A DNA stretch of 63,784 nt, the filler included, from Intoshia linei (taxonomy: Eukaryota > Animalia > Orthonectida): assembly GCA_001642005.1 (NCBI GenBank). It is 5 parts of 5 records of this genome, joined end to end, with 100 filler letters (N's around TTAATTAATTAA, not from the genome) between each part and the next. Parts side by side here need not be neighbours in the genome. Positions count along the whole stretch, not along the records: positions 1 to 23,956 come from LWCA01000543.1; positions 24,057 to 52,908 come from LWCA01000401.1; 3 more parts are not named here. One strand, given 5' to 3'. A program made the translations under genes and the position numbers. Below are positions 14,101-25,068 of this stretch, one piece after another (position 1 is the first letter of the stretch; the number at the start of each line of letters is the position of its first letter). Below the pieces are notes generated by a model. The model saw only the letters and a list, made by a program, of their open reading frames with translations. It ran no database searches and had not been told where the DNA came from.

Positions 14101-17100
14101 CGATAAAATTAAATATTTTACTCAGATGGGATATACGTTGGGAAATATCTTGTGTATTGCTGATAATTTAAATGTAAAAGGCCAATTAAGTCTCAATAGT
14201 TCAAAGTATCGATACGTTAAAGTTTGTTTTGATATTGGTCATTTGAATGCTAAAGCTTCTGACGGAGTTATTGGAGGGTCTATTGTGATCGAAAAATTAT
14301 GTAGCAGTTTTCTTGTCCACGAAGATTGGAAAAATATCCACGTGTATAAACCCAAACATGAATGCATTGTTTCTGTCGACAAGTTTCAACTCTTGTTGTG
14401 TTATATGGGGTATTCTGATATTATTGCAATGGTTGTTAATTTCCGTGTTAATTTCAAAAATATTTTTCAAATTAAATCCGATTCAAATATTGGAGAGAGA
14501 GAAACTCCTTTTATGAAGGTTGATGTTTCAATTTATGCAGACGTGTTTAATGTGATTATTCATTCAAATTCTGTTGTTAATATTATGGAAATTATCAAAC
14601 AGATTAGTCTTTATTTTACCGAAATTTATAAAAAATGCAGAAACATCTTATTCGTTAACAAAAAAATTAATCCTATATTCCTTCAAAATGACGCAAAAGA
14701 AAAAGCAATCAAAAATTATTATTATTCTTGGAAATATCATAGATATTGGCAAGAAGCATTTAAATCTGATAAGGTTGATTTGCTTTTTACGATTAATCAA
14801 TTTTTACATGATTTTGAAGATTTTGGAACGAGTGGAAAAAATTTAAACTCTTTAAATTCTTCTTTGGGAGGCGATTTTTCTTTTAATGTGAAGCGTATAA
14901 TGCTCGCGTGTTTAGAGGGTATACCTGCAGATAGTCATAAATGGTTGTTGTTTGATTTAAATTGTGTTGAAATTACATTTTCCGTTTTGTCAAAGAATAA
15001 TTCTTCTGAGGATACATCACGAAAATTTCACATTATACAGGACACTATATTAAAAGTTGGAGACGATAAGTTGGATCATGGTTATGCGGCTGCTTCAATT
15101 TCTTTAATTCATGCCAATAAATTTAATCCCAAATCTGAATCTATTGATGAATGGATTAATTGTATTTTTTGTTCTCATGAATATCAACAATTTGATGATG
15201 AGGATTTTAAAAATCTTACCGATTTAGAACCTTTGAAACACGTTATTGAAAATTTACCTAAACCTGTTAAGGATTATAAAAAGAAAATTACTACCACTCA
15301 AAGTATTTTAGCCAATATTCCTCAAATTGCATTTAGTATTTGGGTTGATCAGTTTCAGAATAACAACTTTATGATTGATGGTTTGTTTTTATAAAATTGT
15401 CGTATAAAGTTTATTAGTGTCCACGTTTTTATTAGAAAAAAACATTTTGCACGTTGAGGCCATTTTTCATTTCTAAATGGGTTAATACAATGTATCTACC
15501 CTTACGAAATTTAATAATTGAAATCTACAAAAAAAGTAAATATACTAAAGTTTGAAGTTATATTATCAGTTTTGGGTTGTTTTCTATTGAATTGAATTCA
15601 ACCATCATTAAAAACCAAAATAAATGAGCTAGAACTGACTTTAAAAAAACATGATAAACCTATCCAAGAAATCAGAACAATAAAACAAACCCAGAACAGA
15701 CATCATATTATGATCATGATATTAATTGATATCAATTAAAGTTATTAGTATTATTATTTATTTTTTTTTTATTTTTTTTCGTTTTTCTTGTTTGTATATT
15801 TATCTTAAAAAGTTTGTATTAATTTCAATAATTGCATTTGGGGGAGGTTAAATATGAATATAGTTTATTTTTTAAAATTTTATATAGTTTATAAATAAAA
15901 AAGCAACTTGTATGTAAAATTCATTTTTGTATTATGTTGGAAATTAAGTTCATGCAGTTTTTTAGATATGATTTTTTAAACATTAATAATGTATTCTACC
16001 TTGTTGAAAATTTCTTCCCAGCGTTCAACAAGACTTTCAATAGCTCTAGTAGAAATGACTAGATTTTTACTCTAAAAATTCAACCAAACTTTCAATTCTC
16101 CATCAATATTCAACAAAAATCCGCTCATAGCATATGAAAAATATCGAAATGCGCCAAATCTGGAGAGTATGGTGGGTGTGGCAGCACTTCCTAGTCGTGT
16201 ATGCCGTGGGTTTTTATGCAAAAGTTGGCTTAATCGCTTTTTTAACAGTTGAGTTCAACTGAACGACTAGAACAAAGTACGTCGTTGAGAAAAAATTGTA
16301 CATTTGAACTTTGCATACCAACAAAGAGCGGATTTTTCAGTTACGACAGTGTTTCACAAATGCTGGTCCTGAACAATTTTAAGAAAGAAATTAAACAAAA
16401 ATTTTTGGATTTTAAACAATATTGTTTCATTATCAATTTAAGCTAAATTGAAAATTTAAACAAAATGCAATAACTTCGTTGTCAACCTAATAACTTTAGA
16501 AAATATAAACTGTGGATACCCTAATGTTCATATTCCTGTATATTTTTGATCTAGAGCAGGGCCCTCGTCCTGCGTCCGCGATAAAATTTAAAAAAAAATT
16601 CATTGTTACTATCAAATTTATTGCAATGTAAACTAAATTCGTACTGATTAAAAAATATTTAAAAGCTGTCCCAGAATTAATGTGTTTTAAAATTCTAGGG
16701 CTCATTTTATTTTAAAAAAAAGGCTAATTTCGGTGATTAAACGTGAAGGAATCAATTTTTGACAATAAAATTTGCGACAAAACATCACCCTGGAAGAACA
16801 GTACATAGTTTTATTGAAAATTGGGTGGTTATATTCTGAGACGATTAATTTTATAATTAAACTGTAACACACGCAGAAATTCAATTTTATAAAAATAAAT
16901 GATACATTTGGTGCCCTATAAATTAGATTAACGAAACTATTAAAATTATAAAATGTGCCCATTTAGCAAAAAGAGTGAAGGCTGATTTAGAGAAATTTAA
17001 AATAATCAAAACAGTAGTGGTTTAAAAATTGTAATTCCTTTTTTTCTTATCAGCAGGTAAGATCAATTTTAGTCTCAGAAATATGAATTTAAACTGAGAA

Positions 17101-19701
17101 TTAACAATTTTTTATTATAATTTATACTATATTTTTAGACAGTATCAAATCTATTTTGAATTTTAAATTTTCTGGCAAATTTGTATCCTTTATTGAACTT
17201 ATGGCCGAACCACAAGATTTATTACAAATTTATCACATTATATTGAAATATCTAAAAGAAGATAGTTTTGATGGTATTATTATTTGAACTGTTATAATTG
17301 TGTCTACCCAATGCTGAAAATCATTTTTCAGGCACCGGTTGAACATTTTTTTTAATTGAAGAAAAATGCCTTAACTTCATTATTTATTTATTATTAATAT
17401 ACTTTTTATTAACACTGTATAATATTTTGTATGTTTTTAATCCTTATATATTTCCATACTATGCCACCTCTCAGCAATTTTCAAATTAATTTAAATTAGT
17501 GTAAATAAAGCACTAAAATTTTGAATTTTTCATATTTTGTAGAGTTTGTCTGTGCAATTTGGAGGAAAAATTAAGTTTCTACGATTGATTTAGATTTTTT
17601 ATGAAATTTTTTTAATAATAAAGATAATCAGTTAACTCTGCAGCACACTTTGAGTTATGAAAAATCTCATAATTGTATTTGGACTATATATATTAATTTG
17701 AAAATGACTAATAGGTAAGTTACAAAATTGTGTTTTGGTAAAACATTTTTACTGTTACGCGGTTTTTATATGGTTTTAATATAAAATGCCCAATTATTTA
17801 TAAATTTATTTAGTAGAAGGACATATAATGGCTCATGGTTTTTTGTCATTAAACGACCAAAAAGGATCAGCCATGTACAAACGTTTACCAATTCATTATA
17901 ATAAACCTACCAAAACTTTAAAAAATGATTACAGAATTTTCAATTGCATTTCTGCTGAATTTAATCCCACAATCAAGTAATTTTATTAATTTTGTATATC
18001 GTAAGATATATAAAAAGTAATTACAGTGCACACAAGTTCACTGCAGTGGTTTCAAAATAAGATGAGCTATTTTTTTATTCTTTCATTATTTTAATAATAA
18101 TTTTAATATTTCTGTATTTTAAATGTGTATAAAGTCAGTTCGCATTTTTTTTGAAATTGTAAGATAAATACTTACACTTTAAATTTTTAACCGGGGATCT
18201 GTAGATTCCTTTGGTTTAAATTTTATATCTATATCAACTGGAATAGGCTGTGTCAAAATGATGTGTTTTTTTTAATTATAGGAATATTTTCATTTTTTAA
18301 AAAAAGGGTAATCTGGGTTTTTGATCTTGAAAATGCACTTTTTGGAGGTTACGATTTATAATAATGTTTATGAAATTCTAAGACTTTATTCATTAAAAAT
18401 AAAAATAGGATTTGTGGTTTTGACCATGAAGGTGTAAGTTTATGAGGTTGAGATTATCGAGAATGTTAATAGTATCTTAATATCCTTAAAGCTTATTCCA
18501 GAATATATGTTTTTTCAATCAATTTTAGCGTTGATTTTATTTTTAAAAAAATGGGAAATTTGGTTCTTGACTCTGAAGAACTCAATTTCGGATAATGAAA
18601 TTATCGATACTGCATTACTCTTGAAAAACTGTATTAGAAATTGGGTTTTTTAATTCTAGAAATTTTTTAAATAAATGGTAACACAGACATTCAATTCAAT
18701 TTTATATAAGTAAAAGAATATTTTTTAAAAGTTTTAGAAATGAGTTTAAGAAAAGTTTTAAAAATAAAAATGATTATAAATTTGTCTATTTAAATTGAAT
18801 AATAATAATTTTTGCATTTTCAAATATTTTTACAGTAATTTGTTAATTTTACAAATATAATAATGGAGCCATGTTGTATTTATATATATATATATATTTA
18901 TATGAATACAAGTAATTTAACTTTTGTTTACTTGAATATATTCGATTAAAATCAATTTAATCACCGACTTTTGAAAAATTGACTATTATTATAATCTTTT
19001 TGACTTTTACTCTAACGGTTAGTTACCCTCAATGTATAAAACATTGATATCTATTTAATTCAAGCATCTTGTATAGGTTTTGGTTTACTCAATTATACAT
19101 CAAATATTTAATACTAATGACTTTTGTACTGAGGCATTTTATTTGAAAGAATGTACATTATAAGTAGGTATTCATATATAGCAGTGATGCAACCAAATAA
19201 AACGTGGTGTTAATTTTGAGATTATATTTGCAAATTTTCTGGTGTTTTTTAATTGTTACAAAATTGTTATTCAGCTCTTCAAATTGGAAGAGAGGAGAAA
19301 CCTTATTCACTCATGGAATCTATTTTATGATTTTCTTGTTAAATTTTGTTTTTAAGGTGCATATTTTTTGAAGGTAAAAAAAGGTCAAGTGTTGATTTTT
19401 AACACGAAAACACATATTTTGCCATCACTGATATATACAATATAGAGACTGGTCTACTGAAAAATGATTTTATAACTTTAGAATTAATGCTTGGATTAAA
19501 CAAAAATGTAATATAAGTTCGGCTGATGAAATATTAAAATTATTTGACATTGACCACCCGTCAATTACTATACCAAAATGGATTCAAAGAGGTGTGATTG
19601 ACACACTGGACGCATCGTTATCTCAGATTGTTGTTGCTTTACTAATTTACATGAAAAGTAAATTAAAAAAGGAAAGAAAAAACTTTAAAAGCACATCTTA
19701 A
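2163..19701 (+). CDS. BLTP1: Bridge-like lipid transfer protein 1 (KIAA1109/Tweek/Csf1/LPD-3 family), ~4,339 aa. Exons 2163-2249, 2966-15380, 17139-17273, 17814-17976, 19482-19701
   Basis: N-terminal IWTIYLYLYNS...IGSISLNLISGKMSFRE...GTIVFRYW matches the Csf1_N/KIAA1109 start. YYYDEPG, YGP...RRRQKMYQYYYP and FKENYLG motifs are present. The 3' exons give DYRIFNC..FNPTIK and TIPKWIQRGVIDTLD (FSA C-terminus). All junctions are GT-AG and phase-compatible (13,020 nt). Exon 1 is the least certain. Confidence 0.92.
2355..2676 (-). mobile_element. Non-autonomous Helitron fragment (5' end) in BLTP1 intron 1
   Basis: Matches 29560-29883. Minus strand begins A|TCCTAACTTATATAATATGC, followed by a (GT)n tract. 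Confidence 0.7.
15932..16490 (-). mobile_element. Internally deleted mariner element
   Basis: Minus strand D*EVLPHPPYSPDLAHFD (mariner YSPDLAP motif). Degenerate TIRs TTATGTTGGAAATTAAGTT / AACTTCGTTGTCAACCTAA, each flanked by TA. Confidence 0.8.
18215..18716 (-). mobile_element. Non-autonomous Helitron fragment
   Basis: Same core blocks as 28990-29883 (GGTTTTGACCxTGAAG, AAAAACTGTATTAGAAATTGG, GGTAACACAGAC...TATATAAGTAAAAG). Confidence 0.65.
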
Positions 19702-20639
19702 AATCTGAAATTTTTCATGTTTTTTGCACAATTGTATTAAATATTTAATTTTTTCTTAAATTATTCATTAAATTAAATTTATGTAAATTGAATTTTAAAC
19801 TTGTTTTATCATTGCAAATTAAATTTTAATTCAATTGTATTATATACATTATTATTATTTCTGTAAATGCATTAACATTGAAATTGATTATATTTAATTT
19901 ATTACTTTGGTACAAAAGTCAATCAATAATAATTATAGGTGTACACTTATTTAAAGATGAGACTATTTAAATCAAATGTGTGCAATTAATTTTATCATGC
20001 AATAATTGAAAAGTTGGCAAAATATCGATAAATTGTTAACTTTACAATACTCACGTTTCTTATTATGCTACAAATTATCTTTTTATTTCTATACGTGCCA
20101 TATATTTCAACAGAAATGAAAAAAATGAAATTCTACACTTTGCAACGTTTCATTTTATACATTTATCAAAATTATGTTAAGCTTAAACGGTACAATATTA
20201 ATTTAGACAAAACGAAGTACTCAATCATTTGTTTAAAAATTATTCCAGACAAGAACCACCTTTTTTGGGTAATTCAAAATTATCTTAAATTTGAAAATTC
20301 TATAACGATAATTTCAAATTTACATGATATTATAAATATTTTTACTGTGATGTTATAATTATATAACGTTAATGATAATAGTAATATAATGATTATGATG
20401 AATTATTAGTTTAAAATTAACTTTTTCTGCAACCTTTAAATTGAAAAAATTATAGCGTGTCCATAAAAATCTTTCGTGGGTAGAATCGAATATGATAGAT
20501 CTACAATTAGGTGGTTTAAGTATAACAATGATAGTTGTGAAAATTTTATTCAAAGGTAGATGTAAATTTTAAATGTCATTTACTTTCTTGATTCTGAGTT
20601 GGCAACCATACTTTTATGATAAATATTAAACTATTCTAG

Positions 20640-22499
20640 ATGCTGTACCGGCCAGAGTTTCTTTAGGTAATTTCAATTATAAGTTGAATATAAAAATATA
20701 ATTATAAAAGTTGCCAAAAAAAAAAAAATTTGCTTTGGAAGTAAATAGGATATAATATGTATCATTTTAGTTAAATTAAAAAATTTTTGCTAGTCATAAT
20801 GAAACATATGGCATTGTGTACACTGTACTCAATAATAATCAAAAATTTACGGTTATGCAGTGGACCAGTAGCGGATCTAGATGAGTGCAACAGGGGCGAC
20901 CTATCGGACTTAACGTTGTTGATAATCGAAAGAGAACTTGCCGAAAATGTCGATTTTAATACAGTTGTTGAAAAATTTAGTAGAATAAAAACTATAAAAA
21001 ATATAAATTATTATATATAGAAATATATTTATCAACATAATATAAAAATTCAAATTTAAATACATTATATGAGTTTTGTTCCCTAATAATTATTTTGCCT
21101 TATGGCTGAAAATCCTAGATCCGCCATTGTCGAGGCCACCAAAAATCAAAAATAGGCCATAAAATTTCATAAATGATGAGTAGTTTTATATACCCCTAAC
21201 TACCTCTATAAGACTCTTGAATTGAGATTTTAAATTTAAAACACAAAATAGTTATGATATTCCAGAATATAATTTTCTTAATGCTCAATTTGGAAAAATG
21301 TTTAACATAAAAAATTAACATAAATTTATAAGAAGAGGTACCTCCCGGAGATCTATCGGGTACGGTAGTTTCGGCATTGTTCTACTGTACATTATCATAT
21401 ATAGGTTGGTTGACGGTGCTGACAATGACGACTCAAAGCTCTGGAGCTAGAAGTTCATTACCACGAGTTTCTTATATAAAAGCAATGGATGTTTGGTAAT
21501 TATAAATGCATTTAAATCACATGAAAAACGTTATATCATTTTACAATTTTTTTTCTTTTATTTTTCTTATTTATGAAACTAAAACAATTCATTTACTTTA
21601 TTTATTACAGTTAAGATATTATTATTTACACATTGTTAATCAATAATTAATTGTATTATTAATATTTAGGATGTCCATGTGTCTATTTTTTGTATTTATG
21701 TCGCTTGTAGAATTTGCTCTTGTAAACGTAGTATCTAGAAGAGATAAAAATCTAAAAAGATTCAACCACGATAACACAAAAAAAGTAAATATCTTAGTAA
21801 ATTGTAGCTTTTATATATACATTATACATGTATAATATATGATATTAAATATGTAAAAAATATATTTAAATTTTAAACTAAATGCCAAAAAAATTCAATT
21901 TCAACCGAATCTATGTTAAATGACCATATTGACCACACCCACTTGATATTTATCCTATTTTCGTTCTTTAATTTTCATACTATTAATTAACAGGAATTAT
22001 TTATATAATTATTTTTCGAAGGCTATCTAAATTATTAATATATATGTGTACTACTGTAATAATAATAATATAATGTACTACTGTAATACTATAGTAAATT
22101 ATATTATTAATAATTAGACAATTTTTTTAGTATTCAGAGTAGTATAATTTTCTAAAATTTTTTAGGGCAGTGTCTAATCATTTCTCATATTATCAACTGT
22201 TCATAATGATAAAATTAACCACCAAGTTTCACGTATTTGCTAAAACCAAAGTTATAAATTAAATCACTATTGTAATATACATTTAGAATAAATCAAATGA
22301 AAAACGAATTTTGTTGGATAAAAAAAGAAAAAATGGGTCTGAAACATCAGTTGTACTCAATGCAGCCAATGTTATTGAAACTAGTGCCGTCAAAATTGAT
22401 ATGATGTCGAGAAAAATTTTTCCACTTGCTTTTTTACTTTTCAATGTATGTTATTGGATTGTTTATTCTCTACAATCAACAATGACTCATATCCAGTGA
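20640..22499 (+). CDS. Anion-selective Cys-loop ligand-gated ion channel subunit (GluCl/GlyR-like), M2-M4 part only. Exons 20640-20666, 21405-21495, 21670-21784, 22287-22499
   Basis: Spliced translation [59 protein letters not shown]...[22 protein letters not shown]. The PAR motif indicates anion selectivity. Phase-compatible GT-AG junctions. Confidence 0.88.
20866..21129 (+). mobile_element. hAT deletion derivative/MITE retaining a piece of the hATC dimerisation domain
   Basis: TIRs CAGTAGCGGATCTAG / CTAGATCCGCCATTG. Internal [30 protein letters not shown] resembles the ZMYM1/PRKRIR-type hAT C-terminus. No clear TSD. Confidence 0.75.
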
Positions 22500-22797
22500 C
22501 CTTTATTTGAATATGTAAAATAAGTAAAAATTTTTTCATGAAAATTGACACACAAAATGCAATATTATCACAATTTTTTTCAAATGTAAGTACAGTACAA
22601 GTATTATTAAATTTTACTATATTTTTTATTATAATTTAGTAGTCATAATTATATCAAAATAACATTAAATTTAGTAATTGAGCCAATTAATATTAACTTT
22701 AAATTGATATTAGACTGTACTACAATCATCATTAATAATAAATTAACATTTTATTAAATGAATATAAAGTTGGTTGGGTAGTTGTTTCCATTCGAAA

Positions 22798-23329
22798 TCA
22801 ATATTTTGCATCATACCTTTTATAGGGTAAATTTCTTAGAAATTCTTTATCCTAAATTTTATCAATTATTTAATTTTATAGTATTTATTTAACCAAATAT
22901 ATTAAATTAACTAATTATTTAATATATAATAAAACTAATATATTTAGAAATATTAGTACATACCGTTTCTTGAACATGTATTGCACTTTTAAATCTATTT
23001 TCAGCTTCCTGTAGTTGTATCAATAAATCAGACTTTTCCTTACCCCATTTTTTTGCATTCAATTCCATCTAAATTAAAATTTTATTTTACAAAATAATGT
23101 ATTGTTTATTTTTATTTATTGTTAATTTTTTTTAAAGACATGTACTTGAAAGTTTTGTTATATTCAAATTGATACTTACATTCAAAAAAAATGGATAGAT
23201 ATTGATATTTTTAAATAATCAAATTACTTGATATTCCAATGACTGGATTTTATTTTTGGCTAGTTGTACAAGATTTTTGTATTCATTTTTATCACCTTCA
23301 TCTGATCTTAAATATTCAACATTTTGATG
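22798..23329 (-). CDS. 3' exons of a CCDC33-like coiled-coil protein (23329-23228, 23068-22964, 22851-22798); 5' part not in this contig
   Basis: KNKIQSLEYQ-MELNAKKWGKEKSDLLIQLQEAENRF resembles the CCDC33 C-terminal motif LExQLExSARRWGREKxDLxxRLQE. Phase-0 GT-AG junctions. Confidence 0.65.
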
Positions 23330-23408
23330 CTACAATTTAAATATACATATAAATATTCCTTAGAAACATATATATGTTTAAATTCTATTATTAGTTGTAA
23401 ATTTATTA

Positions 23409-23956
23409 TCCTTAATTATATAATATGTTCTGCAATATTTTTTTCTGTGAGTTACCGTTTATTTAAATAACTACCAGTCTTATAATTTTATAAAGTCCAC
23501 ATTTCAATTATAGTTTTTTCCGGGACATATAATAAGATAAATTTCAACCTCCAAACTCACATCTTACGGGTCAAAAACACAAATTGTCCTTTTTTTGGAA
23601 AATCAAACGAGTTGGAGAATTTAAAAAAATATACACGCTGATACGGATTTTAAAATCATAAACATTATCATAAATTTAAATTTAAAAAGCTGATGCGGAT
23701 TTTAAAATCATAAACATTATCATAAATTTAAATTTAAAAAAATACACTGATGCGGATTTTAAAATCATAAACATTATCATAAATTTAAATTTAAAAAAAT
23801 TATATTTTCAAAACCAAAACCACAAATTACCCTTTTTTTATTATGAAAACAGCCCTAGAATTTAAAACAATTACAGGTCGTACAGTTGTATCCTGTTAAC
23901 ATACACAAAAAATTTCAATTCGAATAAGTGACGACTTCACGGTAAAAAAAGCATTT
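23409..23956 (+). mobile_element. Non-autonomous Helitron 5' half with a ~55-bp internal triplication (23637-23800), cut by the gap
   Basis: Starts A|TCCTTAATTATATAATATG. Reverse-complement match to 29440-29883. The unit CTGATRCGGATTTTAAAATCATAAACATTATCATAAATTTAAATTTAAAAA occurs three times. Confidence 0.75.
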
Positions 23957-24056
23957 NNNNNNNNNNNNNNNNNNNNNNNNNNNNNNNNNNNNNNNNNNNN
24001 TTAATTAATTAANNNNNNNNNNNNNNNNNNNNNNNNNNNNNNNNNNNNNNNNNNNN
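23957..24056. other. Artificial contig spacer (N44-TTAATTAATTAA-N44)
   Basis: Identical 100-nt spacer occurs four times; it has stops in all six frames. Confidence 0.97.
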
Positions 24057-24189
24057 TTTTAATTATATTATTATCGCCATTCATATATGTTCATATTACA
24101 GTATAGTATGAACATGATCAAAACCTGGTCCCTTCATGTTCATATAGAACAGAATTGACTGTATTAGAATATTTATCATTTTTATTACA

Positions 24190-24488
24190 AAGATTAATTT
24201 GTGGTTTTGACCATGAAGGTGTGCGTTTCTAAGGCAGAGATTTATGACAATATTAATATCTTTAAAACGCGTCCTAGATTTATTTATTTTTTTTAATTTT
24301 TAAAATATTGGGAAAATTTAGTTTTTGACCCTGAAGAATTCAACTTGGGACAATAAAACTTAAATATAAACATTACCCTACAAAAACTGCATTAGAATTT
24401 GGTTTTTTTAATTCTACGACAGTTAATTTTTAAAATAAACTGTAACACACACACAGACACAGACATTAAATTTTATATATAAGTAAAG
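24190..24488 (-). mobile_element. Non-autonomous Helitron fragment (5' end)
   Basis: Same core, with a CACACACAGACACAGAC tract and TATATATAAGTAAAG terminus. Confidence 0.65.
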
Positions 24489-25068
24489 TACATTGTAAAT
24501 TAATAATTATTATTAGTAATTATAATGACTCGACAGTACATTATTACTCTAGTCATCCTAGTAATCATTACACAGTGCAACATTTTATATCATTCTAAAA
24601 TCTGTCTAGCATTTTAAACAAAAATTGTGCCCAGTATTAAAACCAACAAAAAAATAAACTATACACTGATCAATACCTTCAACTGACCGCCTTTATATAT
24701 ACGATTCTTATTACATGAATAAAATACCAATAATGAAAAAATTTAGTGTAAAATTGTATACATTGCAATTAAAAACAGAAATGTGAATATTAACATTACA
24801 ACTCAAAAAAAGCAAAACAATGGCAAGCTTGAAACTAACAAATAAAAGTCTATTGTAATTTTAAAGAAATTAAAATTCATAAAACAATTAACATTTGTTT
24901 TGTGACACATATTGAAATAAGAAAATTACCCTTGTGTGCATTTATTGTTTGTGTTAGCCTTTATATAATATTTGATATCTATGATTGTAAATATTGTAAT
25001 TAACGTAATGTAATATTAATTTCAATCATTCTGCATAATAAAATAGTAATGAAATATAAATAATCCAC

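Noticed and set aside
6088-14846. Short alternative-frame and antisense ORFs inside the BLTP1 exon
   Set aside because: Expected shadows of a long AT-rich coding exon; no motifs.
15436-15535. Possible extra BLTP1 exon (KTFCTLRPFFISKW...)
   Set aside because: Not needed: 15380 splices in phase to 17139 and restores the conserved C-terminus; no family similarity.
15580-15700. SLKTKINELELTLKKHDKPIQE resembling a LINE AP-endonuclease N-terminus
   Set aside because: Too short and degenerate to support a call.
20787-21020. 77-aa ORF as a possible missing exon of the ion channel
   Set aside because: It is the hATC fragment inside a TIR-bounded MITE.
23957-24056. Palindromic TTAATTAATTAA inside N runs, recurring four times
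   Set aside because: Artificial six-frame-stop contig linker, not biology.
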